From Myxococcota bacterium (lineage in GTDB: Bacteria; Myxococcota_A; Polyangia; Nannocystales; Nannocystaceae): DNA of 64,000 nt. Where the stretch lies: contig JBCCWC010000013.1 of NCBI GenBank assembly GCA_039194325.1, positions 61,559 through 125,558 of the forward strand. The letters run 5' to 3'. Positions within the stretch are counted from its first letter, which is position 1. Every line of letters starts with the position of its first letter. The notes below the pieces were generated by a model that worked only from the letters and a program-made list of their open reading frames with translations, searched no databases and was not told where the DNA came from. The position numbers were made by a program, and so were the translations under genes. Below are positions 21,010 to 30,541 of the stretch, one piece after another.

Positions 21010-21576
21010 CTAGAAGTAGTACCGAGCCTTGAACGAGAAGTCCCCGTGGGGCAGATCGGGATAGATGATGTAGGGCGCCCAGGAGAACTCCGTCACCGTG
21101 TCGATCGGCACCTTCTTCCAGTGGATCCCGAGCCCGAGGATCGGGGCGCGGATGAACATGGCCGCGCCACCCCCTCGATAGCGCCGATACTGATCGTGGT
21201 AGCGGCCATGGTAGTAGCTGCCCCAGAACATGATGCCCAGGCCAAACCCGAAGTACGGCACCAGATCGAGGGTGCTGTTGTTGACGAAGGTCCCGGGGTG
21301 AAACAGGTAGTCGGCGCCAAAGCGACCGTGACCGTGGTGGAGCGGCGCCCAGCCCAGATCGCTCTGCAGCGCGTGCTTGGGCGCCATGAACCACTTGAAG
21401 GACATCCCCAGGGGGTCGCCCACGCTCAGGCCCAAGCCGACGTTGCCCCCTCGACCGCGGATCTGACCGCCCGGGGTCGGAGCCGCCTCGGCGTTGGTGG
21501 GCAATAGAGTGCTGCCCAGTCCCAAGGCCAGCGCAAACGCCAGACCGAACCGCTTTCGCTGCATCGTCGCTCTCAT
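21010..21576 (-). CDS. Small outer-membrane beta-barrel protein
   Basis: Signal peptide ending AEA, amphipathic strands GLGLSVGDPLGMSFKWF, C-terminal ARYYF. Confidence 0.75.
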   Translation of the reverse strand: MRATMQRKRFGLAFALALGLGSTLLPTNAEAAPTPGGQIRGRGGNVGLGLSVGDPLGMSFKWFMAPKHALQSDLGWAPLHHGHGRFGADYLFHPGTFVNNSTLDLVPYFGFGLGIMFWGSYYHGRYHDQYRRYRGGGAAMFIRAPILGLGIHWKKVPIDTVTEFSWAPYIIYPDLPHGDFSFKARYYF

Positions 21577-21725
21577 ATCCGCCTCCCCACGCGCGGGCGC
21601 CCATCGACGCCGGGATCGTCGTGACGTTCGTCGGGTACCTTCGATGCACATCGAACGGGAAGATCGCGAATGGCTCGAAGAGATGTTCGGTCGACAACCG
21701 AGGCGCAGCACGCCGGCGATTGTAG

Positions 21726-22364
21726 TCAAAAAGCAGCGCAAAGCTCGATCCGCCAGGATCCGGGGCGATCGGGCTCGCCCGACGAAACAGTTTCGACGGT
21801 GGGCTGCCCCACATCGATCGCACGAGCGAGGCGCAGCGCCGAGGCCAGAGGGTGCTCTGCCCTCGGTGCACGCTCCGAGTAGGAGGACGTACGACGAAGT
21901 ACGGGCGGACCAAGAACGAGCGGAGCATCGGCTCGAGACTCGCGGGTCAACAACCACGCAGCGGCCAGCGCCTCATGGTAGGGCGGAGTCGCATCCGCGA
22001 CGAAGGCCACCAGCACCGCCGGGTGGTCGACGAGGTGGGCCAATGCCTCGATGAGGGTCATGGGCACGGTTGCGGCCCCGGCATCGACGCGCACGAGGCC
22101 GCGTTCGGGCGCGAGGATCCGGCGGAGCACGGATCCGGGGACCAGTGCAGGGACCGACCCTTCCCCAACCCCCAACACCCACGGCACCGAGGACAGCGGC
22201 TCCGGGGAGCCAGCGACGACCCGGCCGAGCACATGCGCGAGGATCCGGGTCGAGAAGCTCACGCCCCTCCGATCGGCGCGAGGCAAGAGCTCGACGTTCG
22301 GAGGCCCCGAGTCGGCGTCCCACGCGGCCGCGATCGTGGCCGCTCCCCGAGGTGGCGCGGTCAT
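21726..22364 (-). CDS. Degenerate ketosynthase chain-length-factor-like protein
   Basis: LLPRADRRGVSFSTRI, VDAGAATVPMTLIEA...VLVAFVAD...AAAWLL; ATGA-coupled to the upstream KS-like gene. Confidence 0.45.
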   Translation of the reverse strand: MTAPPRGAATIAAAWDADSGPPNVELLPRADRRGVSFSTRILAHVLGRVVAGSPEPLSSVPWVLGVGEGSVPALVPGSVLRRILAPERGLVRVDAGAATVPMTLIEALAHLVDHPAVLVAFVADATPPYHEALAAAWLLTRESRADAPLVLGPPVLRRTSSYSERAPRAEHPLASALRLARAIDVGQPTVETVSSGEPDRPGSWRIELCAAF

Positions 22365-23224
22365 GGGCGAGCTCCGAGTAGCAGGGCCACGTGGTGCCCG
22401 CCGGTAGACGAGGTGTGCACCAGCACTCGATCGTGCTCGAGCTCGCGGGGCGGCGTACCGGGCATGAACCCTCGGCTCACAGAGGCCGCGGCCAGGACGA
22501 CATCGATCGCGTGATCGCCTGGTGCCTGCGCCGAGGTCGAAACACAGGTGGAGATCCAAGGGACCGAGTCGGGCAGGACCGAGCGGGCGTGCCCAACGTT
22601 GGAGCCTGCCTCAGAACCTGCCTCGAAGCCAGCGTCGGCAACCGCCTTGGGGCTCGCGGCCTGCGTATGCACATACGCCAGCGGGGGTCGCCCGGCTGCC
22701 GACCAAACCGATGACACCACGCGCTGGACCACCGCCGGATCCGGGTGGGGCTCGTCGGCGGCACCGGTGACCTCGGCGCTCGCCCACAGCTCGACGAAGG
22801 CATCGCCATGACGTTCCAGCATCAGCAACGCGCCGCGACCGTCGTCGACCGCACCCGCGAGCACGGCGTCGACCAGCGACGCCCGCAACAGCCGATCGGC
22901 CGAGGCCAGCACCTTGGCCCCGTTGGCCTCGACCAAGTGGTAGAGCGGGCCGGCAACCGCCGTGTGCTCTCGTACGGCGCTGAGGATCGGCGAGCCGGAC
23001 CCGGCCACCACGCACGCCACCCGTGACGCACCCCAGCGCGAGCACGCGTGGGCACAGCGGTCGTCGAGCTCCTCGAGGAGATCGACGGCGATCGCCATCG
23101 CGGGCCGAGGCGAATGGCGCTCCTCGGCGGCCACCGGGGGCTGGCGCAGACGATCGAGCACGGTGTCGGCGTCATCTCCCCATGGATGGCGCAGTGCCCA
23201 CGCCGTGAGGGGAAGGCCCGCCAT
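22361..23224 (-). CDS. Degenerate beta-ketoacyl-synthase-like protein
   Basis: ADRLLRASLVDAVLAGAVD, GALLMLER, LAYVHTQA and SSTGGHHVALLL echo FabB/F landmarks; protein is short and no catalytic Cys motif is visible. Confidence 0.5.
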   Translation of the reverse strand: MAGLPLTAWALRHPWGDDADTVLDRLRQPPVAAEERHSPRPAMAIAVDLLEELDDRCAHACSRWGASRVACVVAGSGSPILSAVREHTAVAGPLYHLVEANGAKVLASADRLLRASLVDAVLAGAVDDGRGALLMLERHGDAFVELWASAEVTGAADEPHPDPAVVQRVVSSVWSAAGRPPLAYVHTQAASPKAVADAGFEAGSEAGSNVGHARSVLPDSVPWISTCVSTSAQAPGDHAIDVVLAAASVSRGFMPGTPPRELEHDRVLVHTSSTGGHHVALLLGARP

Positions 23225-23257
23225 GCGCTCGACTCGGGGTCGGGCGACCGCAGCCGA

Positions 23258-24157
23258 CTAGCGGCCGCTCCGCTTGGTGCTCTTGCGCGTGGCCTTCTTC
23301 TTTCCGGGCGTCTTCTTGGCCGCGGCTCTTTTCGATGTCTTCTTGGCGGGTGCCTTCTTCGCGGCGGCCTTTTTTGCCGTCTTCTTGGCCGGTGCCTTCT
23401 TCGTGGCCGCCTTCTTCGCTGTCTTCTTGGCAGTTGACTTCTTCGCGGCGGCCTTTTTTGCCGTCTTCTTGGCCGGTGCCTTCTTCGTGGTGGCCTTCTT
23501 CGTGGTGGCCTTCTTCGCGGTGGCCTTTTTCGCCGTCTTCTTGGCCGCTTTCTTCTTGGCTACGGCTTTCTTGGTCGTCCGCATCTCGGCCTCTGGCTCC
23601 CCCTGAACGAACTCGTCCTCCTGCGAGGCAGCGCCGAGACCTTCCGAACGTGCCTCCGACGAAGCCTCGACCGCCTCGACCGCCTGGTCATCGTCCCCGT
23701 CCAGATCGTCGGCGTCAGCCTCCCCCCCATCGGCGGCCGCCTCCATCTCGGGCTCGTCCTCTTCCGGCTCGGCCTCTTCCGGCTCGTCCTCCTCCGGCAG
23801 CTCCACCTCCCACAGGCCGAGCTGAGTCCCGCCGGGATCCTGCACGATCGCGAGCGCCCCAAACCCAGGAACGGGCGTGTACTCGACGACGACCTCCCCC
23901 CCCGCCTCGCGAACCCGTTCCAGCATCGCCTTGACGTCCTCGACCCCCACGTAGGGCACCCACTGCGCGGGCGCGGCGGGCATGGCGTTGGGCTGGAGGC
24001 CACCAGCGGGGCCCGAGGGGGTCTGGATCCGGGTGTAACGCCCCCCCTCGCCCATATCCACGTCCTCGAAGGTCCAGTCGAACAACGCGTCGTAGAACCG
24101 ACGAACCTCGGCGGGGGCGGATGTGTTGAGCTCGAAGTGAACGAAGGCGTGATGCAT
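23258..24157 (-). CDS. VOC/glyoxalase-family protein with acidic linker and histone H1-like Lys/Ala tail
   Basis: FVHFELNT...FYDALFDWTF...WVPYVGVEDV...QDPGGTQLGLW; tail of KKTAKKA/KKAPA repeats; RBS GGAG. Confidence 0.85.
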   Translation of the reverse strand: MHHAFVHFELNTSAPAEVRRFYDALFDWTFEDVDMGEGGRYTRIQTPSGPAGGLQPNAMPAAPAQWVPYVGVEDVKAMLERVREAGGEVVVEYTPVPGFGALAIVQDPGGTQLGLWEVELPEEDEPEEAEPEEDEPEMEAAADGGEADADDLDGDDDQAVEAVEASSEARSEGLGAASQEDEFVQGEPEAEMRTTKKAVAKKKAAKKTAKKATAKKATTKKATTKKAPAKKTAKKAAAKKSTAKKTAKKAATKKAPAKKTAKKAAAKKAPAKKTSKRAAAKKTPGKKKATRKSTKRSGR

Positions 24158-24309
24158 CGAGGAGGCTCCAGGGGTCAGCCGCCCGTTATTACTACGCGGC
24201 GACGCGAAGCATCAACGTACCCCGCGCTGCAAGAGCAAGGACGACCCACGACGCGGTGCGATCCACATCGCGGGCTGCTACGGTGGGTTTGATGGGGCAC
24301 GGGAGGATC

Positions 24310-25923
24310 ATGCTCACCCTGAGCATCACCGCCACTGCGGTATGCAACCCCGCACCGCTGCCCCCCGACTTCGGCGACGATCCCCTGTGGGCCCCGATCG
24401 ATCTCGACGGGGCACCCGACCGAGGCGAGCGGTCGGGGTCGATCCCCCCCGACGAGCAGATCCCCGCTGGCCCCATCGTGTTGGCCGACGTGACCGAAGC
24501 AGCCGGGCTAGGCGCGGTGACCTCGGGCGGCAATACCCACGGGGTCGGCGTAGCCTTCGTCGACCTCGACGGCGACGACTGGGCCGACATCGTGGTGATC
24601 AGCGGCCGCAGCAACGTGACCAGCGAGTGGTTCCCCTCTCGGCTGCTGCGCAACCGGGGCGACGGGACCTTCGAGGACACCACCAACGCCTCCGGCCTGG
24701 CCGCCGCGCTCGCCGATCGCGACGGCTACTCGGTGGCCGCGGGCGACCTCGACGGCGACGGGGCGATCGATCTCTACGTGGGTGCCCAGCCCACCGATGT
24801 GCTGCTCCGGGGCCGAGGGGACGGCACCTTCGAGGATGCTACCGCCGCGACGGGGGCCGGCGGGCCGGCCTCGGAGGCCAACCTGGTGGGCGACGGTCGC
24901 AGCAAGGTGGTCTCGCTGGGCGACTTCGACGACGACGGAGATCTCGACATCGTCTCCGCCTCGAGCACCCTGCCGATCCCCGGCGCGTACCTGCTGCGCA
25001 ACGACGGAGCGGCCGGGTTCACCGACGTGACCGAACCCAGCGGGGTCACGATCCACCCCCAGGGCAACCCCTGCGCGGTGCTGTGGAGCGACTACGACAA
25101 CGACGGCGATCGCGATCTGTGGATCTGGAACGATCGCGGCGGCAAGGTGCTGCTGCGCAACGAGGGCGGCCAGCTGCGCGACGTGACCGCGGCCGCGGGC
25201 TTGGGGGCGGTGACGATCCGCAACCCCATGGGCATCGACGCGGCCGACATCGATCACGACGGCGACCTCGACTACTACGTGTCCAACATCGGCAACAACC
25301 CCCTGCTGCGCAACAACGGCGACGGAACCTTCGTAGACATCACCCGGATCGCCGGTACCGGCGGGCAGTATGGCTGGGGCCTGGGCTTCGAAGACTTCGA
25401 CGCGGATGGCTGGCCCGATCTGTTCGTGGCCCAGGAAGACGACCGCCCCGAGCTGGTGTTCCACCACCTCGGCCTCGACTCCCCGGGGTTCGAGGCGATC
25501 GAGATCCCCCACCCGCCCGTGCTCGACGACCGGGCCGCGCACAACGTGGCCGTCGCCTTCGCCGACTACGATCACGACGGGCGCACCGACGTGCTCACCG
25601 CCCGCACGGATGGCTCGCGGATCACGCTCTACCGCAACGAGACCGACCTGGGCAGCCACGGCACGCTCGATGTGGTGCTCGCGCCTCCGCCCGAGGACGA
25701 GCCGTCGGGCGCGGTCGGGGCCCGGGTGGCGGTGGCCACCGGCGAGCAGCTCCAGTTCCTCGACATCCACGGGGGCAGCAGCCGCGCCTCCCAGACCGAG
25801 CTGAGCGCCCGCTTTGGCCTGGGACAGTTTCGCGGAGCCGACTGGGTGGCCGTGCTGTGGCCCAGCGGGCGCCAGGCGGTGGTGCGCAACGTGGGCGCGG
25901 GGCAGCGCCTGCGCTTGCCATAG
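24310..25923 (+). CDS. CRTAC1/ASPIC-UnbV family FG-GAP repeat protein
   Basis: Repeated DxDxDGxxD motifs; C-terminal GARV...RFGLG...VLWPSG; RBS GGAGG. Confidence 0.85.
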   Translation: MLTLSITATAVCNPAPLPPDFGDDPLWAPIDLDGAPDRGERSGSIPPDEQIPAGPIVLADVTEAAGLGAVTSGGNTHGVGVAFVDLDGDDWADIVVISGRSNVTSEWFPSRLLRNRGDGTFEDTTNASGLAAALADRDGYSVAAGDLDGDGAIDLYVGAQPTDVLLRGRGDGTFEDATAATGAGGPASEANLVGDGRSKVVSLGDFDDDGDLDIVSASSTLPIPGAYLLRNDGAAGFTDVTEPSGVTIHPQGNPCAVLWSDYDNDGDRDLWIWNDRGGKVLLRNEGGQLRDVTAAAGLGAVTIRNPMGIDAADIDHDGDLDYYVSNIGNNPLLRNNGDGTFVDITRIAGTGGQYGWGLGFEDFDADGWPDLFVAQEDDRPELVFHHLGLDSPGFEAIEIPHPPVLDDRAAHNVAVAFADYDHDGRTDVLTARTDGSRITLYRNETDLGSHGTLDVVLAPPPEDEPSGAVGARVAVATGEQLQFLDIHGGSSRASQTELSARFGLGQFRGADWVAVLWPSGRQAVVRNVGAGQRLRLP

Positions 25924-25990
25924 ATCTGCGGCCCGCGCGATGAGGCGAATCTCCAGCACACGCACGCGGGTCGAAGCCGGGCAACGTCCG

Positions 25991-27343
25991 ATGGCGCGCC
26001 TCCCGACCCAGCTCCAGCCTCGACCCCAAGCGCCCCGGGTCCTCGGAGGCGCGCTGGGCCGGCGGCTGAGCACGCTGGTGCTCCGCGACGCGCTCCAGAC
26101 CTACGGCGTGGGCATGAGCCTGGCCCTGCTGCCGCTGGTCTACCTCTACCGCGAGTGGCCGCCGTGGGAGATCCGCGACGCGCTCCACGGGCTGCCGCCA
26201 TCCTCGCGGGCACTGCTGATGGCGGCAGCCCACGCCTTGTATGGGGTGGCCACCGCGCCCGTCGTGCGACAGCTGCTCGCCTCGGAGCGGCTGCGCTGGT
26301 GGTGGGCGCTCCCGCTGTCCGCCCGATGGTGGCGAGCCCTGCACCTGCGTCACCTGGTGCTCCTCGACGCCCCGTGGCTGCTCGCGATCGCCTACGGGGT
26401 GCTCCCGCTGGCCGCCACCGCGGGCCCCGTCCACACGATCGCCAGCGGCCTGGCGTTCGCCATGCTCACGCTCTTCGGCCAGATCGCCATGGTCTCGGTG
26501 TCCGATCGCCCCCCGAGGTGGGCCCTGCTCGGGCTGCTGACGTGGGCTCTTGCCGTCGCGGCAGCCGTGCTCGTCCCGGGGCTCGTGGGAGCGGGGCTCG
26601 GCGCGCTCTTGCTGGCGGTGATGGTCCGCCGCTTGGGCCAACCAATGCCGGAGGTCGGGGCCCGGGTGCGCGGCCGAACGGGTGGCCCCCCGGTGGTGGC
26701 CCTCGCCCGGCTCGGGTGGCTGGCCGCTCGTCGACACGACGGGATGGCGTTGGTTTGGGGCGCAGCGACCCAGCTCGCCGCGATCACCCTGGCGGGCCTG
26801 GCGATCGCACACGTGGGTCACGAAGATCCCGAGGCGGCCGCTGCCCTGCGCCGAGGCTTGGCCGTGGTGTGTGCCACCATAGGCGCGGCGCTCGTCTTGC
26901 GAGCGGTCCGCATCCTGCACGGCGATCGCCCTGTGCTCGACACCTGGGGGATCGAGGCACACCACGAGCGGTCGGCCCGACTGCTGCTCGCCGCGGTCGG
27001 GGGGCTACCCGCCCTGTTCGTGGGCTCGATCGCCCTCGCCGGGCTCGGACCGGTCGGGCAAACCTGGCCGCTGGACCTGCTGCTAGCCACCGCGTGGGCG
27101 GCGACCCATACGGTCCGCCTGACCTTCTCATTGGACGCCCGTCGGCGCCTACACGAACCCCAGTTGCTCCGACAGCTGCTGTGGATGGCCGCCGCCTTGA
27201 TACTTACCGAGGTCGCTGGGACCCCGCTGGCGCTGCTGCCCTGGGCCGCCTTCGAGGCCTGGCGCATGCCCGCCACCCAGCGTCGGGCCGATCACGCCCG
27301 CCGGCGCTTCGAAGCCGCCGTACGCGACGATCATCGGAGCTGA
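25991..27343 (+). CDS. Polytopic membrane protein, probable ABC permease
   Basis: Many hydrophobic helices; lies 4 nt upstream of an ABC ATPase. Start codon uncertain. Confidence 0.65.
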   Translation: MARLPTQLQPRPQAPRVLGGALGRRLSTLVLRDALQTYGVGMSLALLPLVYLYREWPPWEIRDALHGLPPSSRALLMAAAHALYGVATAPVVRQLLASERLRWWWALPLSARWWRALHLRHLVLLDAPWLLAIAYGVLPLAATAGPVHTIASGLAFAMLTLFGQIAMVSVSDRPPRWALLGLLTWALAVAAAVLVPGLVGAGLGALLLAVMVRRLGQPMPEVGARVRGRTGGPPVVALARLGWLAARRHDGMALVWGAATQLAAITLAGLAIAHVGHEDPEAAAALRRGLAVVCATIGAALVLRAVRILHGDRPVLDTWGIEAHHERSARLLLAAVGGLPALFVGSIALAGLGPVGQTWPLDLLLATAWAATHTVRLTFSLDARRRLHEPQLLRQLLWMAAALILTEVAGTPLALLPWAAFEAWRMPATQRRADHARRRFEAAVRDDHRS

Positions 27344-27347
27344 TCCC

Positions 27348-27980
27348 ATGACCCTCGTGCAGACCCATGACCTGGCCGTCCGCCGCGGAGGCGTCACGAT
27401 CCTCGACCACGTCTCGCTTCACCTGAGCCCGGGCCTTTACGCATTGGCCGGAGCCAACGGCGCGGGCAAGTCCACCTTGCTACGGGCGCTGGCGGGCGTG
27501 CTGCCCGTGGCCGCCGGTACGATCGCGATCGACGGGCACGATCTTTGGCGCGAGCCCGTAGCCGCGCGCCGACGGCTGGGCTACCTGCCCGAGAGCCCCG
27601 AGCTGTTTCCCTACCTCACCGCTCGCGAGCTGCTGCGCACCGCCAACGCGGTCCGCGGCGTGGATCCTCGGGCCGGAGAGGAACGCTTCGCCCGCTGGGT
27701 TCGCCCCGCCGCCCTCGATCTGCGGATCGGCACGCTCTCGGCGGGACAGCGGCGCAAGCTGGCGCTGGTGGCCGCAATCAGCCACGAGCCTCCGGTGCTG
27801 CTGCTGGACGAGCCGGCCAACACCCTCGACGCCGCGGCCCTGACCGACCTACGCGCACTCTTGACGACCTGGCGGGACGAGGGACGCGCGGTGGTGGTCG
27901 CCACCCACCGGCCCGAGGCGCTCGGGCTGCCCCTCGACGGCCGCCTGGTCGTTCACGAGCGTCGCGTCCGCGTCTCGTGA
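27348..27980 (+). CDS. ABC transporter ATP-binding protein
   Basis: GANGAGKST, LSAGQRRK, LLLDEP, ATH. Confidence 0.92.
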   Translation: MTLVQTHDLAVRRGGVTILDHVSLHLSPGLYALAGANGAGKSTLLRALAGVLPVAAGTIAIDGHDLWREPVAARRRLGYLPESPELFPYLTARELLRTANAVRGVDPRAGEERFARWVRPAALDLRIGTLSAGQRRKLALVAAISHEPPVLLLDEPANTLDAAALTDLRALLTTWRDEGRAVVVATHRPEALGLPLDGRLVVHERRVRVS

Positions 27981-28017
27981 CCATGAGTCTCGTGACCATG
28001 AGTCTCGTGACCATGAG
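27972..28017. repeat. 15-bp tandem repeat x3 across a stop codon
   Basis: GTCTCGTGACCATGA repeated three times. Confidence 0.9.
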
Positions 28018-28109
28018 CGGATCGGGCGTGCGCAAGCTCCCGGCCCGCTCCGGTCCGTAGCGCGACCACGGGAGGCAAAGCCGCCGCGGGCGATCTATGG
28101 TCGGGCCCG

Positions 28110-29321
28110 ATGCGTGTCGCCTATCTGACCAACGCCTATCCCTCGGTCAGCCATACCTTCATCCGGCGCGAGCTGGTCGAGCTGGAGAACCAGGTGGGAG
28201 ACGTCGCCCGCTTCTCGATCCGCGGCTCGCCCTACAAGATCGTCGACCCCGACGACCAACGCGAGAACGGCAAGACCTTCCACGTGCTCCAGCAGCCGGT
28301 GGCTCGCTGGGCCCGCGCCGGCCTCGACGCCATCCGGAACCCGGGTCGTACCCTGGCGGGGATGCGCAAGGCGCTCGACCTGGGTCGCAAGAGCTACCGC
28401 GGCCTGTCCCGTCACGCGATGTACTTCGCCGAAGCCCTGGTGTTGCTCGAGGAGATGCAGCGCCAGGGGATCGATCACGTGCACGTGCACTTCGGCACCA
28501 ACCCCACCGCGGTCGCCTCGATCCTTCGCGCGATGGGAGGCCCCAGCTACTCCTTTACCGTGCACGGCCCCGACGAGCTCGACGCCCCCGAGGGCCACAA
28601 GCTCGGCCCCAAGATCGAGGACTCGGCCTTCGTGGTCGCAATCACCGACTTCTGCGCGGGCCAGCTGCGGCGCTGGGTGGGCCACGATCACTGGGAGAAG
28701 ATCCGCGTGGTGCACTGCACGGTGGGCGACGAGTTCTTCGACCAAGCGCGCCCGATCGATCCCACCTCCAAGCAGCTGGTCGCCGTGGGGCGGCTCTCGG
28801 CGCAAAAGGGGCAGATCCTGCTGGTCGAGGCCTTCGCCGACGCGGTGAAGGAGGGCCTCGACGCCAACCTCGTGCTCGCCGGTGACGGCGACATGCGGCC
28901 GCAGATCGAGCAGCTCGCGCGCGAGCGAGGGATCGAGGACCGCCTGCGGATCACGGGGTGGATCAGCGGCGAGCAGGTGCGCGAGGAGATCCTCGCCTCG
29001 CGCGCGATGGTGCTGCCCAGCTTCGCGGAGGGCCTACCCATGGTCATCATGGAGGCCTTCGCCCTCCAGCGTCCCGTGCTCACCACCTACATCGCGGGCA
29101 TTCCCGAGCTGGTGGTCGACGGTGAGAATGGTTTCTTGATCCCCTCGGGCTCGCCCGCCCGGATCACCGAGGCCCTCCATCGGGTCATGCGCGTCCCGAT
29201 CGAGACGCTCGACCAGATGGGCCGCAAGGGGCAAGAGGCGGTCAAGCGCCAGCACTACACGCCGGTGGAGACCGCCAAGCTCGCCGAGCACATCCGCACC
29301 ACGCTCGGCAACTTGCGCTGA
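28110..29321 (+). CDS. Glycosyltransferase family 4
   Basis: YPSVSHTFIRRE, HVHVHFG, VGRLSAQKG, EGLPMVIMEA. Confidence 0.9.
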   Translation: MRVAYLTNAYPSVSHTFIRRELVELENQVGDVARFSIRGSPYKIVDPDDQRENGKTFHVLQQPVARWARAGLDAIRNPGRTLAGMRKALDLGRKSYRGLSRHAMYFAEALVLLEEMQRQGIDHVHVHFGTNPTAVASILRAMGGPSYSFTVHGPDELDAPEGHKLGPKIEDSAFVVAITDFCAGQLRRWVGHDHWEKIRVVHCTVGDEFFDQARPIDPTSKQLVAVGRLSAQKGQILLVEAFADAVKEGLDANLVLAGDGDMRPQIEQLARERGIEDRLRITGWISGEQVREEILASRAMVLPSFAEGLPMVIMEAFALQRPVLTTYIAGIPELVVDGENGFLIPSGSPARITEALHRVMRVPIETLDQMGRKGQEAVKRQHYTPVETAKLAEHIRTTLGNLR

Positions 29322-29460
29322 GCAATGCATCGCGACCGTCGGCGCCGCGCGGCCTAGGCGATCGTCGGCGTGCTCGCGGCAACCCCCGGGCGCTTGCCCG
29401 GATCGTTGCCCGGATCGTTGACGGTCCAGTGGAGTGCGGCCGTGAAATCGAGCCGTCCGC

Positions 29461-30318
29461 TCACTGTCGATCGAGAAACTCCAATACCGCTCGGGCGAAG
29501 CGATCGTTCTGATCGCCGGCCACCATGTGCGCCGCGTCCGAGACATCCACCACCTCGGCGTGCGGCACCAGCTTACGGAAGTGCGCCACCCCTTCCTCGC
29601 TGATGAGATCGCTCAGCCGCCCTCGCACGAGCAGCGTAGGGATGGTGATCGATCGAACGATCCTCTCGTCCTCGAGCAGGATCCGGCTGGGCCGATGGCG
29701 CTGCACGCCGGTGAGGAACGCCGGATCCCAGTGCCAGTAGTAGCGACCGTCGTCGCGCAGGCGAAGATTCTTGCGCAAGCCATCGAGGTTTCGGGGCCGG
29801 CGGCGATGCGGTAGGTAGCCCGCGACGGCATCCGCCGCCTCTTCGATCGTCGCGAAGCCCGCCTCGTGCCCGGTCATGAAGGCAAAGATCCGTTCGACCC
29901 CGGCCGGCTCGATCTGCGGCGCGACGTCGACCAGCACCAGGGCCTTCGCGCGCAGCCCCAGCTTGCCCACCGCATACATGCCGGTGTAGCCGCCGAGCGA
30001 AGCGCCCACCAGGACCGGGGGCGCCGGGAGGGTCGAGGCGACCGCGATCAGATCGCGACCAAGGCATTCGAGCCGGTAGTCGTCCTCCGAAGCCCACGCG
30101 CTCTGCCCATGACCGCGCGCGTCGTAGGTGATGGCCACCCAGCCCCGCTCAACGAGCGCCCGCGCCGTCCCATCCCAGGCGTGTCGGGTCTGTCCGCCGC
30201 CGTGCATGAGGATCACCGGGTTTCCGCCGTCACCCCAGCGATCGACGGCGAGCTCGAGGCCGTCGCCGCTCAGTCTCGAGGTCTCCGGTTCGATCATGGG
30301 GGCCGTTGGTCGACCCAT
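29461..30318 (-). CDS. Alpha/beta hydrolase
   Basis: HGGGQ, DARGHG, GASLGG nucleophile elbow, C-terminal AHMVAGD. Confidence 0.9.
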   Translation of the reverse strand: MGRPTAPMIEPETSRLSGDGLELAVDRWGDGGNPVILMHGGGQTRHAWDGTARALVERGWVAITYDARGHGQSAWASEDDYRLECLGRDLIAVASTLPAPPVLVGASLGGYTGMYAVGKLGLRAKALVLVDVAPQIEPAGVERIFAFMTGHEAGFATIEEAADAVAGYLPHRRRPRNLDGLRKNLRLRDDGRYYWHWDPAFLTGVQRHRPSRILLEDERIVRSITIPTLLVRGRLSDLISEEGVAHFRKLVPHAEVVDVSDAAHMVAGDQNDRFARAVLEFLDRQ

Positions 30319-30490
30319 CCTAGACCATCTATCCTGGACCATATGGAGTGATAGGCCGCCCCGCGAGCGTCGACTGCCCCTCGGCGAATTCCGCCTAAAT
30401 TCAGCCCAATTAGTCATTGAACAATGTTCAAAGAGCATACTCTGGGCTTTCGTCACGGCCTGGAGACAACGAAGATCGTTCTTGACAGAC

Positions 30491-30518
30491 TATATTTTCA
30501 GTAAATATTGAAAATATA
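30491..30518. promoter_or_regulatory. AT-rich inverted repeat, probable repressor operator
   Basis: TATATTTTCA-N8-TGAAAATATA, with TTGACA at 30482 and TATAAT at 30515, just upstream of the gene at 30542. Confidence 0.65.
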
Positions 30519-30541
30519 ATCGTTCCCCAGGATCGTCGCTC

